Positions 18,331 through 28,335 of a stretch of DNA of 64,000 nucleotides are shown here, piece after piece (position 1 is the first letter of the stretch; each line of letters begins with the position of its first letter). The position numbers and the translations under genes are program-made. Where the stretch lies: NCBI GenBank assembly GCA_035548375.1, contig DASZTG010000080.1, positions 81,185 through 145,184 on the forward strand. The letters are read 5' to 3'. The notes below the pieces were generated by a model that saw only the letters and a list, made by a program, of their open reading frames with translations, searched no databases and had not been told where the DNA came from. Origin of the DNA: Burkholderiales bacterium. Its GTDB lineage: Bacteria; Pseudomonadota; Gammaproteobacteria; Burkholderiales; JACQAP01.

Positions 18331-18690
18331 ATGAATAACACGGAACAGGTAGAACGCTGGGCGGACATCGCCCGCACGATTTTCCCGCAGGGCGCGCAGA
18401 TCACCCATCCCGCGGCGGGGGAATCGGTATGGCTTCGCGTGCGATGGAAGGTCGGCACCGACCCCAAGCGCCCGCAGAAACCGGCGAAGGGCGTGAACAT
18501 CTATTTCACGCGCGAATTCTGCAAGGCATACGAAAGTCTGGAAGCGTCGCGCCAGTCGGTCTGGGACGACAAGGTCAAGGAATTGCTCGTCGGTCGCTTC
18601 GCGACCTTCAATCCGGACCACAATGCGCCGCACGGCGCGCCGATGCCGGCGGAGTCCTGGTTCGTCACGCCCGGACTGGTTCGGTCGTGA
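18331..18690 (+). CDS. hypothetical protein
   Basis: ORF 18328..18690. The first codon is TTG and an ATG follows at 18331. No motif recognised. The stop codon TGA lies inside the first unit of the downstream repeat. Confidence 0.45.
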   Translation: MNNTEQVERWADIARTIFPQGAQITHPAAGESVWLRVRWKVGTDPKRPQKPAKGVNIYFTREFCKAYESLEASRQSVWDDKVKELLVGRFATFNPDHNAPHGAPMPAESWFVTPGLVRS

Positions 18691-18784
18691 ATGCCGTGAA
18701 TGTCGTGAATATCGGAAGAGCGACGCGAAGGCTTCAGGCAGTTTCGGAATTCACGGCACTCACGTAGTCACGACATTCACGGAT
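18685..18784. repeat. CGTGAATNN-unit (9-nt period) inverted-repeat element between convergent genes
   Basis: The left arm CGTGAATGC CGTGAATGT CGTGAATAT (about 18686-18712) faces the right arm GAATTCACG GCACTCACG TAGTCACG ACATTCACG (about 18748-18782). Confidence 0.8.
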
Positions 18785-18786
18785 TT

Positions 18787-19578
18787 TTAGTTCCGGTAGT
18801 TCACGCCCTTGCGATCGAGCATTCGCAGCAGCGCTTCCCACGCCTTGTTGACCTCGGCGCCGCCCGGTCCCTGGAACTGCTCATAACCCTTGCGCGCCGT
18901 CTTCTCGTCGATCAACCCGACGTCGACGCGGCCTCCGGCCTGCGCATCCACCTGGATCTGGCACGCGGTGTCGAGGTAGTACATCAGCTCGAACGCCTCG
19001 CCGACGGAATCGCCCAAGGTCAACAGGCCGTGGTTGCGCAGGATCATCGCCTTAGACGTCTTGCCCAGGTCCGCCGCCATGCGCTCGCGCTCGTCGAGCT
19101 CCAGCGCGATGCCTTCGTAATCGTGATAGGTCAACATGCCGTAGGTGCGCAGCGCATGCTGGCTGATCGGCAGCAGCCCCTGCTTTTGCGCCGACACGGC
19201 AACGCCGGCGCGCGTATGCGTATGGATGACGCAATTGATCTCGGGTCGGGCCTCGTGCATGCAGCCGTGGATCACGAAGCCGGCATAGTTGACGCCAAGC
19301 CCGGTCACGTCGTCGACGACGTTGCCCTCATGGTCGATCTTCACGATGGTGGAGGCCGTGATCTCGTCGAACATCAGGCCGTACGGATTGATCAGGATGT
19401 GCTCGGATCCCGGCACGCGCGCGGTGAAGTGCGTGAAGATAAGATCGGTCCAGCGGAATTGCGCCGCAAGCTGGTAGGCGGCGGCAAGCTGGCAACGGAC
19501 CTCCCACTCCTCGGCACTTACCCGGGAGCGCACATCGCTGGATTGCACGGACTTCAGGTTTCTGGCTTTTTCGGTCAT
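18787..19578 (-). CDS. class II aldolase/adducin family protein
   Basis: ORF 18787..19611 begins at a GTG. The internal ATG (complement of 19576-19578) is preceded by GAGGAGG. It contains the CVIHTHTRAG metal-binding pattern. Confidence 0.85.
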   Translation of the reverse strand: MTEKARNLKSVQSSDVRSRVSAEEWEVRCQLAAAYQLAAQFRWTDLIFTHFTARVPGSEHILINPYGLMFDEITASTIVKIDHEGNVVDDVTGLGVNYAGFVIHGCMHEARPEINCVIHTHTRAGVAVSAQKQGLLPISQHALRTYGMLTYHDYEGIALELDERERMAADLGKTSKAMILRNHGLLTLGDSVGEAFELMYYLDTACQIQVDAQAGGRVDVGLIDEKTARKGYEQFQGPGGAEVNKAWEALLRMLDRKGVNYRN

Positions 19579-19635
19579 GGCTGGGGCCTCCTCGTTCGAA
19601 CAATCATACACCTCGTCTCGTGCCGGCCGGTTTGC

Positions 19636-20352
19636 TTACCCGTCGAGTTCCGCGTAGTACCGAAAGATCCCGTACTCGTTGAACGGTATGCGCCGCTTCG
19701 ACGCGAGATACACGGCGACGTTCGGCCTCGCCGCAATCCGGTCGTGCAAGTCGACCAGTCCGGGATAGTCGGCTTCCTGCTTCTTCATGGTTTTCGGAAA
19801 CGCGAAGCGCAGGCCGGCGATGAGCTGGAACACCGAAAGGTCGGCGTAGCTCAGCCTGCCGGCGAGATAGCGCCCGCCGTTCGCCTGTAGGGCCTGCTCA
19901 AAATAACCAAGGAACTTTGGAATGCGATCGGCACGAAAGAATTTCGTGCGCCGCTTCGCTTCCGCCTTCTGCTGCCGGTAGTACAACGATCCGGCGATCG
20001 GGTGGTGGGTGTCGTGGATCTCGGTCACGAAGTCCGCCACCGTGAGCTGCAACTGGTTCACCCAGACGCGGCCGGCTTCGTTCTTCGGCGCGAGCCCGTG
20101 GCGCCGGCCCAGGTACTGCAGGATGTTCGCCGTCTGGCCGATGACGAGCTTGCCGGCCTTGAGGAAAGGCGGCGCGTAAGGCGCAGCCGCCAGCTTTTCG
20201 TCATCGAGGAATTTCTCGAGCGCGGGAACGCCGAAGCCCTTGCCCGAGCGTCGCGCGATGTCCACGTAATCGGCTCCGGCCTCTTCGAGTGCCAACCGCA
20301 CGAATTCACCGCGTCCCTGGATCGAGGGCCAGTAGTACAAGAGGTAGCGCAT
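19636..20352 (-). CDS. glutathione S-transferase family protein
   Basis: 238 aa with an ATG start. MRYLLYYWPSIQGRGEFVRLALEEAGADY..., a GST-like N- and C-domain layout. Confidence 0.75.
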   Translation of the reverse strand: MRYLLYYWPSIQGRGEFVRLALEEAGADYVDIARRSGKGFGVPALEKFLDDEKLAAAPYAPPFLKAGKLVIGQTANILQYLGRRHGLAPKNEAGRVWVNQLQLTVADFVTEIHDTHHPIAGSLYYRQQKAEAKRRTKFFRADRIPKFLGYFEQALQANGGRYLAGRLSYADLSVFQLIAGLRFAFPKTMKKQEADYPGLVDLHDRIAARPNVAVYLASKRRIPFNEYGIFRYYAELDG

Positions 20353-20362
20353 GAACGACTCC

Positions 20363-20535
20363 GTGACTTGAGTGACGAGTGACGAGTGACGAGTGACGAG
20401 TGACGAGTGACGAGTGACGAGTGACGAGTGACGAGTGACGACAGGGTTAGTCTTCGCTTTGGGTACGGGAGTTCAGGAAACCTCGCATTTCGCAGTTTAC
20501 TTGTCCCTTGTCACACGTCACTGGTCACTCGTCAC
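20363..20535. repeat. 10 perfect tandem GTGACGA heptamers plus a distal 4-unit complementary GTCACNN arm
   Basis: Perfect 7-nt period from 20372 to 20441, preceded by a degenerate GTGACTT. About 68 nt downstream, GTCAC recurs at 20510, 20517, 20524 and 20531, again with a 7-nt period and in inverted orientation. Confidence 0.95.
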
Positions 20536-20537
20536 GA

Positions 20538-21068
20538 TCAAACCCATCCCATCGCCCCGACGAACGCACCGGCGCCCACCAGCCACAGCAAGTGCAGGCG
20601 AGTGCGCCAGACGAGAATCGCCGCCGCGATGGTCAGCAGGATGTGATGCCAGCCTGGCGTTTGCGCATCCAGGATCCAGCCGGTTGCGAACAGCAGGCCG
20701 ATCACGATCGGGGCCATGCCCGCCTTGAAGGCGCGCACCGCACGCCATTCGCGGCGCGCGTGACCCCAGCGCGCGGCTGCAAGCGCGAGCGTGGTGGACG
20801 GCAGCATGATGCCGATCAACGTCGCCGCGGCACCCATGAGACCCGCGGCCTGGTAGCCCATGACCGCGACGAACAGCACGTTGGGCCCCGGCGAGGCCTG
20901 TGCGATGGCGATCGAGGCATTGAACTGCGCGTCGCTCAGCAATCCCATCTGGTTGACCATCACGCGGTGCATGTCCGGCGCGACGGTGATCGCGCCGCCG
21001 ATCGACAGCAGCGACAGCAGCAGGAAATGGCCGAACAACGCAATGAGTGTCGACATCGATGCGATCAT
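20538..21068 (-). CDS. chromate transporter, short-chain CHR family, C-type half
   Basis: The internal ATG (complement of 21066-21068) gives MIASMSTLIALFGHFLLLSLLSIGGAITVAPDMHR...GPNVLFVAVMGY. It overlaps the upstream stop (ATGA). Confidence 0.8.
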   Translation of the reverse strand: MIASMSTLIALFGHFLLLSLLSIGGAITVAPDMHRVMVNQMGLLSDAQFNASIAIAQASPGPNVLFVAVMGYQAAGLMGAAATLIGIMLPSTTLALAAARWGHARREWRAVRAFKAGMAPIVIGLLFATGWILDAQTPGWHHILLTIAAAILVWRTRLHLLWLVGAGAFVGAMGWV

Positions 21069-21649
21069 GGGCGCTGCTGCGCGTTGCGCAACCGCAACCA
21101 CGCGTAGGTGCAGGCCAGCACGCCCAGCACGAGGATCACCCAGACCAGCGGCCAGCGCAGCAATGCAACGGCCGCGAACGCGACGACCAGAAATGCCGCA
21201 CCGACGGGTGCCGGCATCGGGTTCGAGCGCAAGGCTCCGACCAGCTTCATGCCGGTACCGACGATCAGCCCTGCCGATATCGCGCCCATGCCGCGCAATG
21301 CGCCGGCCACTGCGGGATTGGCCGAGAATTCCGCGTAGACGGCCGTGATGACCAGTACGATCACGAGCGGCACCGCCATCATGCCGGCCAGCGCCGCGAA
21401 CGCCCCGCGCCAGCCGAAGAAGCGGTCGCCGATCATCAGCGCGACGTTGCAGACATTCGGCCCCGGCAAGACCTGCGCGACGGCGAGGATTTCGACGAAC
21501 TGGTCGCGCGTGAGCCATCGCCGACGCTCGCACAGCACGCGCTGGGCGACGGCGATGACGCCGCCGAATCCCTGCAGCGCCAGCAACGTGAAGGCGACGA
21601 ACAATTCCTTTTTGGAGGACGGCGCCAGCAGGGGCGGATCATCGGTCAT
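21065..21649 (-). CDS. chromate transporter, short-chain CHR family, N-type half
   Basis: 194 aa. ...FTLLALQGFGGVIAVAQRVLCERRRWLTRDQFVEILAVAQVLPGPNVCNV, the CHR signature. Confidence 0.8.
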   Translation of the reverse strand: MTDDPPLLAPSSKKELFVAFTLLALQGFGGVIAVAQRVLCERRRWLTRDQFVEILAVAQVLPGPNVCNVALMIGDRFFGWRGAFAALAGMMAVPLVIVLVITAVYAEFSANPAVAGALRGMGAISAGLIVGTGMKLVGALRSNPMPAPVGAAFLVVAFAAVALLRWPLVWVILVLGVLACTYAWLRLRNAQQRP

Positions 21650-21707
21650 GGAAGGGTGACTGGCGGCGAAAAGTGACGAGGATACCGGCTTCGATTCCGG
21701 ACGCCCG

Positions 21708-23513
21708 TCAATCGCGCAACAACGCCATCAACGACGGTCCATAACGTTCCAGCTTCCTGGCGCCGATACCGTGGATCGATGCCAGGTCATCGATTCCGCG
21801 CGGCCGGGCGGAAGCAATCGCCGACAAGGTTGCGTCGTGAAAAATCACGTACGCCGGAACCGATTGCTCGCGCGCCTGTTCGCTGCGCCACGACCTGAGG
21901 CGCTCGAGCAGCGCCGCGTCCGTCGCCGACAGATCGGCGGCGACCTTGCGCCTTGCCATCGTGCCGGATGCCTTCTTGCGCACGGCCATGCGGCGCATGA
22001 ATATCGGCTGTTCGCCTTTGAGCACCGGCCTGCTGGCATCGGTCAAGCGTAGCGCGCCGAAGGCTTCGTGGTCGGGGCGCACGAGCCCCAGGGTCACCAA
22101 CTGGCGGAATACGTCGCGCCAGGTGGCCTCGTCGATGTCCGCGCCGATGCCGAACACGCCCAGCTCCTGGTGGCGCCATTGCGCGACCCGGTCGGTGGCG
22201 TTGCCACGCAGGACGTCGATGAGGTGGCGCGAGCCAAAGCGCTGCCCCGTGCGGAAGATGCACGACAAGGCCTTGCGCGCGGCATCCGTGGCATCCCAAG
22301 TTTGCGGCGGCTCCAGGCAGGTGTCGCAGTTGCCGCAGGGGCCGCTCGCCTCGCCGAAATAATCGAGCAGGCGCACGCGCCGGCAGCCGGCGGTCTCGCA
22401 AAGCCCGAGCAGCGCGTCGAGCTTGGCGAACGAGACGCGGCGGTATTCGTCGCTGCCTTCCGACTGGTCGATCATGCGGCGTTGCTGCACCACGTCGCCC
22501 AATCCATAGGTCATCCACGCGTCGGCTGGCGCGCCGTCGCGGCCTGCCCGCCCAGTCTCCTGGTAATAGCCTTCCATGCTCTTCGGCAGATCCAGGTGGG
22601 CCACGAAGCGCACGTCGGGCTTGTCGATACCCATGCCGAAGGCGATCGTCGCAACCATGACGATGCCTTCTTCGCGCTGGAAGCGCGCCTGGTGTGCGGC
22701 GCGCGCGGCTGCGTCCATGCCGGCGTGGTACGGCAGCGCTTCCACGTTTTGGGATTTGAGCCACGCCGCGGTCTCGTCGACCTTCTTGCGCGACAGGCAA
22801 TAAACGATGCCGGACTCTCCAGTGTGAGCGGCGCGGATGAAGCGCAACAATTGCTGCCTGGCATCCGACTTGTCGACGATGGTGTAGCGGATGTTCGGCC
22901 GGTCGAAACTGGAAATGAATACGCGCGCATCTTCCAGCGCCAGTCGCTGCCGGATTTCCACGCGCGTCTGCATGTCCGCGGTGGCCGTCAATGCGATGCG
23001 CGGCACGGACGCAAAGCGTTGATGCAGTAGCGACAGCTGCAGGTACTCCGGGCGAAAGTCATGTCCCCACTGCGATACGCAATGGGCTTCGTCGATAGCG
23101 AACAGCGCGATGCGGGATTCTTCCAGCAACTCCAGCATGCGCGGCATGACCAGTCGCTCTGGCGCGACATAGAGCAGGTCGAGCCCGCCTTCGCGTAGCG
23201 CACGCTCCGCCATGGACGCTTCGCGGCCGTCGAGCGTGGAATTCAGGAAGGCCGCACGAACACCGAGCTGGCGCAGCGCCGCCACCTGGTCCTGCATCAG
23301 CGCGATCAGCGGCGAAATCACCACCGCGGCGCCTTCGCGCAACAGGGCGGGCAACTGGTAGCACAGCGATTTGCCGCCGCCGGTTGGCATCAGAACAAGC
23401 GCGTCGCCGCCGGCCGCCACATGGTCGACGATCTCGCGCTGCGCGCCGCGGAAGGCGGGAAAACCGAAAACGGTATTCAGCAGGTGCAGGGGAAGGTCGG
23501 CGGCGGGGATCAA
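21708..23513 (-). CDS. recQ: ATP-dependent DNA helicase RecQ
   Basis: 601 aa. [47 protein letters not shown], a zinc-finger/RQC region and a C-terminal HRDC-like region. The track start is TTG, so the start is uncertain. Confidence 0.95.
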   Translation of the reverse strand: MIPAADLPLHLLNTVFGFPAFRGAQREIVDHVAAGGDALVLMPTGGGKSLCYQLPALLREGAAVVISPLIALMQDQVAALRQLGVRAAFLNSTLDGREASMAERALREGGLDLLYVAPERLVMPRMLELLEESRIALFAIDEAHCVSQWGHDFRPEYLQLSLLHQRFASVPRIALTATADMQTRVEIRQRLALEDARVFISSFDRPNIRYTIVDKSDARQQLLRFIRAAHTGESGIVYCLSRKKVDETAAWLKSQNVEALPYHAGMDAAARAAHQARFQREEGIVMVATIAFGMGIDKPDVRFVAHLDLPKSMEGYYQETGRAGRDGAPADAWMTYGLGDVVQQRRMIDQSEGSDEYRRVSFAKLDALLGLCETAGCRRVRLLDYFGEASGPCGNCDTCLEPPQTWDATDAARKALSCIFRTGQRFGSRHLIDVLRGNATDRVAQWRHQELGVFGIGADIDEATWRDVFRQLVTLGLVRPDHEAFGALRLTDASRPVLKGEQPIFMRRMAVRKKASGTMARRKVAADLSATDAALLERLRSWRSEQAREQSVPAYVIFHDATLSAIASARPRGIDDLASIHGIGARKLERYGPSLMALLRD

Positions 23514-23651
23514 GAGGCGATGCGGTGGGTGCGCGTGCTTGGAATCGGTTTCGGAATGCTGCTTGCCGGAAAAGCGAGATCTTTGCCGATAGCCGCGCCG
23601 GCAGTCAACGCGTGTCGCTACAGCTTTCCGCCGACATGCGGCAAGGCCGTC

Positions 23652-26033
23652 TCAACCGGCTGTCCCCGTCCCCTGGCTCGCCGTCGCAGCGGGTGCCTGC
23701 GCGCCGGACGTTGCCTCCACCGCGACCGGGACCGCAGTGCCGCCGTCGCGCGTCATGGTCTTGTAGAGCAGCATGACCACCTCGTTCGACGGAATCGGCT
23801 TGCTGAAGTAGTAACCCTGGATCTGGTCGCACCCGAGGGCGCGCAGGAACTCGTATTGCTCCTTCGTCTCCACGCCCTCGGCAACCACCTTGAGCTGCAG
23901 GCTGTGCGCCATCGCGATGATGGCCTCGGTGATGGCCTCGTCGTCCTTGTTCTCCGGGATGCCGCGCACGAAGGACTGGTCGATCTTCACGCTGTCGAAG
24001 GGAAAGCGCTTCAGGTAGGCGAGCGATGAATAGCCGGTGCCGAAGTCGTCCATCGTCAAATGGAAGCCCAGGTCCTTGAGCTCGTTGAGCACTTTCTCGG
24101 CGTGTTCCTGGTTGCTCATGACCGCGCTCTCGGTGATCTCCAGCTCGAGCGATTCCACCGTGAGGCCGGTTTTCTTGACCGTCTCCGAAATGAACTGCAC
24201 CAGCCCCTTGTCGGCCATCTGGCGCGCGGAAATGTTGATTGCGATCCGAAGCTGCGGCAGGCCGCCCTTCTGCCAGGCGCGGTTCTGCACGCAGGCGGTC
24301 TGCGCGACCCAGCGACCCATCGGCACGATGAGACCCGTTTCCTCGGCAATGGAGATGAACTCTCCCGGCGGGATGAAGCCGAGCTGCGGGCTGATCCAGC
24401 GGATGAGCGCTTCCAGCCCGGTGACCTTGCCGCTGGCGAGGTCGACCTTCGGCTGGTAGTACAGCACGAATTCGCGGTTGTTCAGCGCGTTGCTCAGGTT
24501 CGACTCGAACTCGAGACGTTGCACGGAGTGGGTGTTGAGCTGTTCGGAATAGAACTGGAACGTGCCGCGGCCTTCCTCCTTTGCGCGATACATGGCGATG
24601 TCCGCGTTTTTCAACAGCGCCTGCGCGTCCCGCCCGTCGGTCGGGTACGTGCTGATGCCGATGCTGGCCGCCGGGCGATACTGCCGTCCCGCCAGGATCA
24701 TCGGCTTGGACAGCGCCTCCAGGATCTTGCGCGCCACCGTGCTGGCCTGGTCCTCGGCGGTCAGGCCTTCCGTCAGCACCGCGAACTCGTCCCCGCCGAA
24801 GCGCGCCACCATGTCGATCTTGCGCACGCAGGCCGTCAGCCGCTCGGCCACCGCGCGCAGCACTTCGTCGCCGGCATCGTGGCCGAGGCTGTCGTTGATG
24901 TTCTTGAAACGATCCAGGTCGAAGAACAGGATCGAAAGCATCTTGCCGCTGCGCTCCGCGCGCTGCAGCGCCTTGTTCAGGTTCTGGCGGAACAGGCTGC
25001 GGTTCGGCAGCTCGGTCAGCTCGTCATGGTCGGCGAGGAAGCGGGTACGCTCCTCCTGCTCCTTGCGCTCGGTGATGTCCTGCAGGACGCCCGTCATGCG
25101 CCGCGCCGAGCCGTCTTCCGCACGCACGATGTGGCCGCGCGCGAACACGTGAGTCACCTTCTGGTCGCCGCGCAGCACGCGAAATTCGTCGTTCCAGGCG
25201 TTCTCCTGGGACTTGATCGTGCTGAGCAGGAGCTCCTGCACGCGCGCGCGGTCGTCGGCATGGATGTGGTCGAACCACGCGGTCATGCCGAGCGCTTCGC
25301 CGTCATTCCCGCGACCGAACATCGCCGCGTAGTTGTCGCTGCGCCAGACGTTGTCGCTCGCCAGGTCCCAGTCGATCATCGCATCTTTCGTCGCCTTCGA
25401 GGCAAATCCGAAGCGCTCGAGGTCGCGCCACATGGCTTCATGCGTATGCTTGCGGCGCGTCACGTCGCGCGCGATGACCACCCGCGCCTGCTGGCGCGCG
25501 AACTGCATGCGGAACGACACGATTTCGGCCTCGATCGCCGCGCCGTCCTTGTGCCGGTGCCGCCAGGTTCCGACTTCACCAGAGGTCGGCCCGAGCGCCA
25601 TCAACGCTTCGGTCAGCCGCTGGGCATCCTCGGGAACGCCCAGATCGGGCAGGCTCATCTTCAGCAGTTCGTCGCGCGCATAGCCGTATTCGCGTGCCGC
25701 CGCCTCGTTGGCCTCGAGCAGGCGCCAGCGCCGTGTCTCGCAGATGAAGGTGGGAACGGGGCTGCTCAGGAACAACGTGCGGTACTGCTCTTCCGCCAAC
25801 CTGATGGCTTCGTCGTTGGCGGCGGTCGAACTTGCTATGTGCTGCCTCTCCCTGGCGCGGGCCCGGCGATAGGCAAACCCGATGACGATCCAGGCGGCCA
25901 CGGCGCCCAGCAGGGCCGCCAGGGCCGCGCCGGCGGGATTGTCCGCAAGCAGGTAACGAAGCAGTTCCGGGAGGGCCCGCAGGAAGCCGGTTACGCTTTC
26001 CACTATCGATTGGAAATCCTGCCCAGACGCCAC
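23652..26033 (-). CDS. PAS-domain diguanylate cyclase/phosphodiesterase (GGDEF + EAL)
   Basis: 793 aa with a GTG start. N-terminal TM helix, PAS-like repeats, RFGGDEFAVLT (GGDEF), then EALIRW...DDFGTGYSSL (EAL domain). Confidence 0.9.
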   Translation of the reverse strand: MASGQDFQSIVESVTGFLRALPELLRYLLADNPAGAALAALLGAVAAWIVIGFAYRRARARERQHIASSTAANDEAIRLAEEQYRTLFLSSPVPTFICETRRWRLLEANEAAAREYGYARDELLKMSLPDLGVPEDAQRLTEALMALGPTSGEVGTWRHRHKDGAAIEAEIVSFRMQFARQQARVVIARDVTRRKHTHEAMWRDLERFGFASKATKDAMIDWDLASDNVWRSDNYAAMFGRGNDGEALGMTAWFDHIHADDRARVQELLLSTIKSQENAWNDEFRVLRGDQKVTHVFARGHIVRAEDGSARRMTGVLQDITERKEQEERTRFLADHDELTELPNRSLFRQNLNKALQRAERSGKMLSILFFDLDRFKNINDSLGHDAGDEVLRAVAERLTACVRKIDMVARFGGDEFAVLTEGLTAEDQASTVARKILEALSKPMILAGRQYRPAASIGISTYPTDGRDAQALLKNADIAMYRAKEEGRGTFQFYSEQLNTHSVQRLEFESNLSNALNNREFVLYYQPKVDLASGKVTGLEALIRWISPQLGFIPPGEFISIAEETGLIVPMGRWVAQTACVQNRAWQKGGLPQLRIAINISARQMADKGLVQFISETVKKTGLTVESLELEITESAVMSNQEHAEKVLNELKDLGFHLTMDDFGTGYSSLAYLKRFPFDSVKIDQSFVRGIPENKDDEAITEAIIAMAHSLQLKVVAEGVETKEQYEFLRALGCDQIQGYYFSKPIPSNEVVMLLYKTMTRDGGTAVPVAVEATSGAQAPAATASQGTGTAG

Positions 26034-26232
26034 TGTCTCTCACTCTCCCGAAACGACCAAGGCCCCGGGAACGTAATTTACCCTATAAAGCCGCGTTCCG
26101 AAGCATCAAATTGGACGGCAAATCCACCGTGAATCGCCCGACGGTCGATCGCGGCTGCCGGGATGCGGAACCTTTTCCCCGAATTCGTCAACTAACCGCT
26201 ATCCTCCAACCACTTCTTACCCTCTTGTCATC

Positions 26233-26541
26233 ATGCTCGTAAAATTCGACAGCGACGCCGGCAGCTTCACCATGAACGGCGACATCGCCGTGCAGCTGCT
26301 CAGGGCGATGGGCCACAGCGGGACGGTGCCCAGCGCCATCCTCGCAAGAGATATTCCCGCGGCATTGACGCGGCTGAAGTCGGCGGTCTCCGCCGCGCCG
26401 GAGACTCCGGACGACAAGGACGATGACGAGGATCGCGCCGACGCACCCGTATCGCTGCGCCAGCGTGCCTTTCCGCTGATCGACCTGCTGTCGCGCGCCG
26501 TTGAGAAGAACGCCGAAGTGATGTGGTCCAGGCAGGGCTGA
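26233..26541 (+). CDS. small conserved hypothetical protein (DUF1840-like by recollection)
   Basis: 102 aa with an ATG start. MLVKFDSDAGSFTMNGDIAVQLLRAMGHSG.... The family assignment is from memory only. Confidence 0.45.
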   Translation: MLVKFDSDAGSFTMNGDIAVQLLRAMGHSGTVPSAILARDIPAALTRLKSAVSAAPETPDDKDDDEDRADAPVSLRQRAFPLIDLLSRAVEKNAEVMWSRQG

Positions 26542-26557
26542 CTTTCGCTCGCCGAAG

Positions 26558-27628
26558 CTACTTGGCTCGTGGCGATTCGAGGCCTGCGTCGGGATGCGAC
26601 AAGCGTCCCGCGCGCAACTCGGCGATGGCGGACGATACGGCGCGCGCAACGTTGCCCACTTCCTCGCGCATGGCCTCATCCGCATCGAGGTCGTCATGGC
26701 TGGTCGCGTACGGCTTGTAGTAGCCGATGTAGCGATCCAGCCTTGCCTGCGTCCCGGCGTCGATGAGGCCCATCCAGTCCAGCCAGTCCGACAACGCACG
26801 CCGGGTTTCCCCGATTCCGGCGGCGTCTCCGTGGACGACCAGGCCGTAGACCCTGCCCTGCAGGTGCTTGGGATAGTCCCATCCGGCCAGCTCGATCTCC
26901 TTTGCCTTCGCAGGGTTCTTGCCGGCGGTTGAGGTGGGATCCGGATTGCCGCCGTCCGCGCACACCATCCGGTCGATCATGAGCTTCAACGGACTGGGTG
27001 CCTGATACCAGTACACGGGCGTGCAAATGACGATGCCGTGCGCCGTGACCCATTTTTCATAGATCTCCGCCATCCAGTCCTGCACCTGGCCCAAGGCGTG
27101 GTTCGGGTAGCAGCTGCACGGCCAGTGGCACAACGGCATCGCAGTGGAGACGCAGCCTTTGCAGGGATGGATCCGCCTGCCGTACTCCGAGGTAAGCAAG
27201 CTCAGGTCGAGGAAATCAGCCTCGATCCCCTCCGCTCCCAGCACTTCCCGCACGACGCCAGCCAGGCGGAAAGTCTTCGACATCTCTCCCGGGCAACTGC
27301 CGTCGTCGCGCGCCGACGCGCATACGACGAGTGCGCGCGACCTCGTCGACGGACTTTTCTGCTCCGCCTCTGCGCGCTGCAGGCGCAGCCGCGTTTCGCT
27401 CCATTCGACGGACAACTTGTAGCCGGGATCGGCGAATCCAGCACCGGCCTCGCGCGTGACCGGCGACTTGCGTCCATGACTGTAGGCGTCCCAGGCGATC
27501 TGCTCGAGCTGCGCAATCGCGCCGGTCGCGTCCGCGAACGCGGGATCGTAGAAATTCTCGCGGTAACGCCGTCGGAATTCCTCACGCGACAGCTTGCCGG
27601 GCCACTGCCCTTTCCTGACCGTTGCCAT
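26558..27628 (-). CDS. flavodoxin-like NAD(P)H-dependent FMN reductase family protein with a Cys-rich insert
   Basis: 356 aa. ALVVCASARDDGSCPGEMSKT..., HPCKGCVSTAMPLCHWPCSC, GIVICTPVYWYQAPSPLK. Confidence 0.65.
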   Translation of the reverse strand: MATVRKGQWPGKLSREEFRRRYRENFYDPAFADATGAIAQLEQIAWDAYSHGRKSPVTREAGAGFADPGYKLSVEWSETRLRLQRAEAEQKSPSTRSRALVVCASARDDGSCPGEMSKTFRLAGVVREVLGAEGIEADFLDLSLLTSEYGRRIHPCKGCVSTAMPLCHWPCSCYPNHALGQVQDWMAEIYEKWVTAHGIVICTPVYWYQAPSPLKLMIDRMVCADGGNPDPTSTAGKNPAKAKEIELAGWDYPKHLQGRVYGLVVHGDAAGIGETRRALSDWLDWMGLIDAGTQARLDRYIGYYKPYATSHDDLDADEAMREEVGNVARAVSSAIAELRAGRLSHPDAGLESPRAK

Positions 27629-27787
27629 GCCAAGCCACCTCGCGGACCTGCCGGATCAAGGTCAGAACATCACGAGCGGCCGCAAGTTCCTGCGCGCGGG
27701 GAAAAGCACTATCGCCGCCAGCGCAAAAAAACAGGGGATGGAAAACTTCGAAGTGCAAAACGCGCAGGCGAATCGGCAGTCGCTGCG

Positions 27788-28183
27788 TCACCAGACGTTC
27801 TGGAATGCGATTCCCTGGTAGAGGCAACAAGCCGCCTCGACGACCAGCACCAGGAAGGTCAGCGCCGCCCCCCATACGCGCCCGAAGCGGAACTTCATCG
27901 TGTACGAGAGCGAGTAGCCGTGCAGCAGGCGTGAGACCACCAGCGCGATGCCCAGCACGTGCAGCAGGTAGACGGAGAATTTCGACCATTCCATCAGCGC
28001 CATCAGCAGCAGCGCGAGCGGAACGTATTCCGCGAAATTGCCGTGCCCTCTGATCACGCGCAGCATCTTCGGGTCGCCGCCGTCACCCAGCGGAAACCCG
28101 CGCTGGCGGTTCATGACGACACGCAGGCTCAGGACGATGTACAACGTTGTGAGCAATCCCGCGTACAGGGGCGTCACGACCAT
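27788..28183 (-). CDS. MAPEG family membrane protein
   Basis: C-terminal 131 aa of ORF 27788..29482, from the ATG (complement of 28181-28183). MVVTPLYAGLLTTLYIVLSLRVVMNRQR...RVIRGHGNFAEYVPLALLL. Confidence 0.75.
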   Translation of the reverse strand: MVVTPLYAGLLTTLYIVLSLRVVMNRQRGFPLGDGGDPKMLRVIRGHGNFAEYVPLALLLMALMEWSKFSVYLLHVLGIALVVSRLLHGYSLSYTMKFRFGRVWGAALTFLVLVVEAACCLYQGIAFQNVW

Positions 28184-28335
28184 GGGGTTTTCCTCCGGGC
28201 GGCGATTTTGTTGCGCCGCATTGTCGCCGAATCGGCCGGAATTGTCTTGGCAATTAATGCGGTTGGAATTCGCGCGGCGGCACCGCGCCGCGTTGCATTT
28301 CGCCAGCGCCGCGGGACGATTGCCGCGCGATCGTG

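Noticed and set aside
20372-20441. Possible CRISPR array (also considered for 12106-12147 and 51839-51922)
   Set aside because: The units are 7 nt long and directly abutting, with no spacers, and there are no cas genes in the window. These are microsatellite-like tandem repeats, not CRISPRs.
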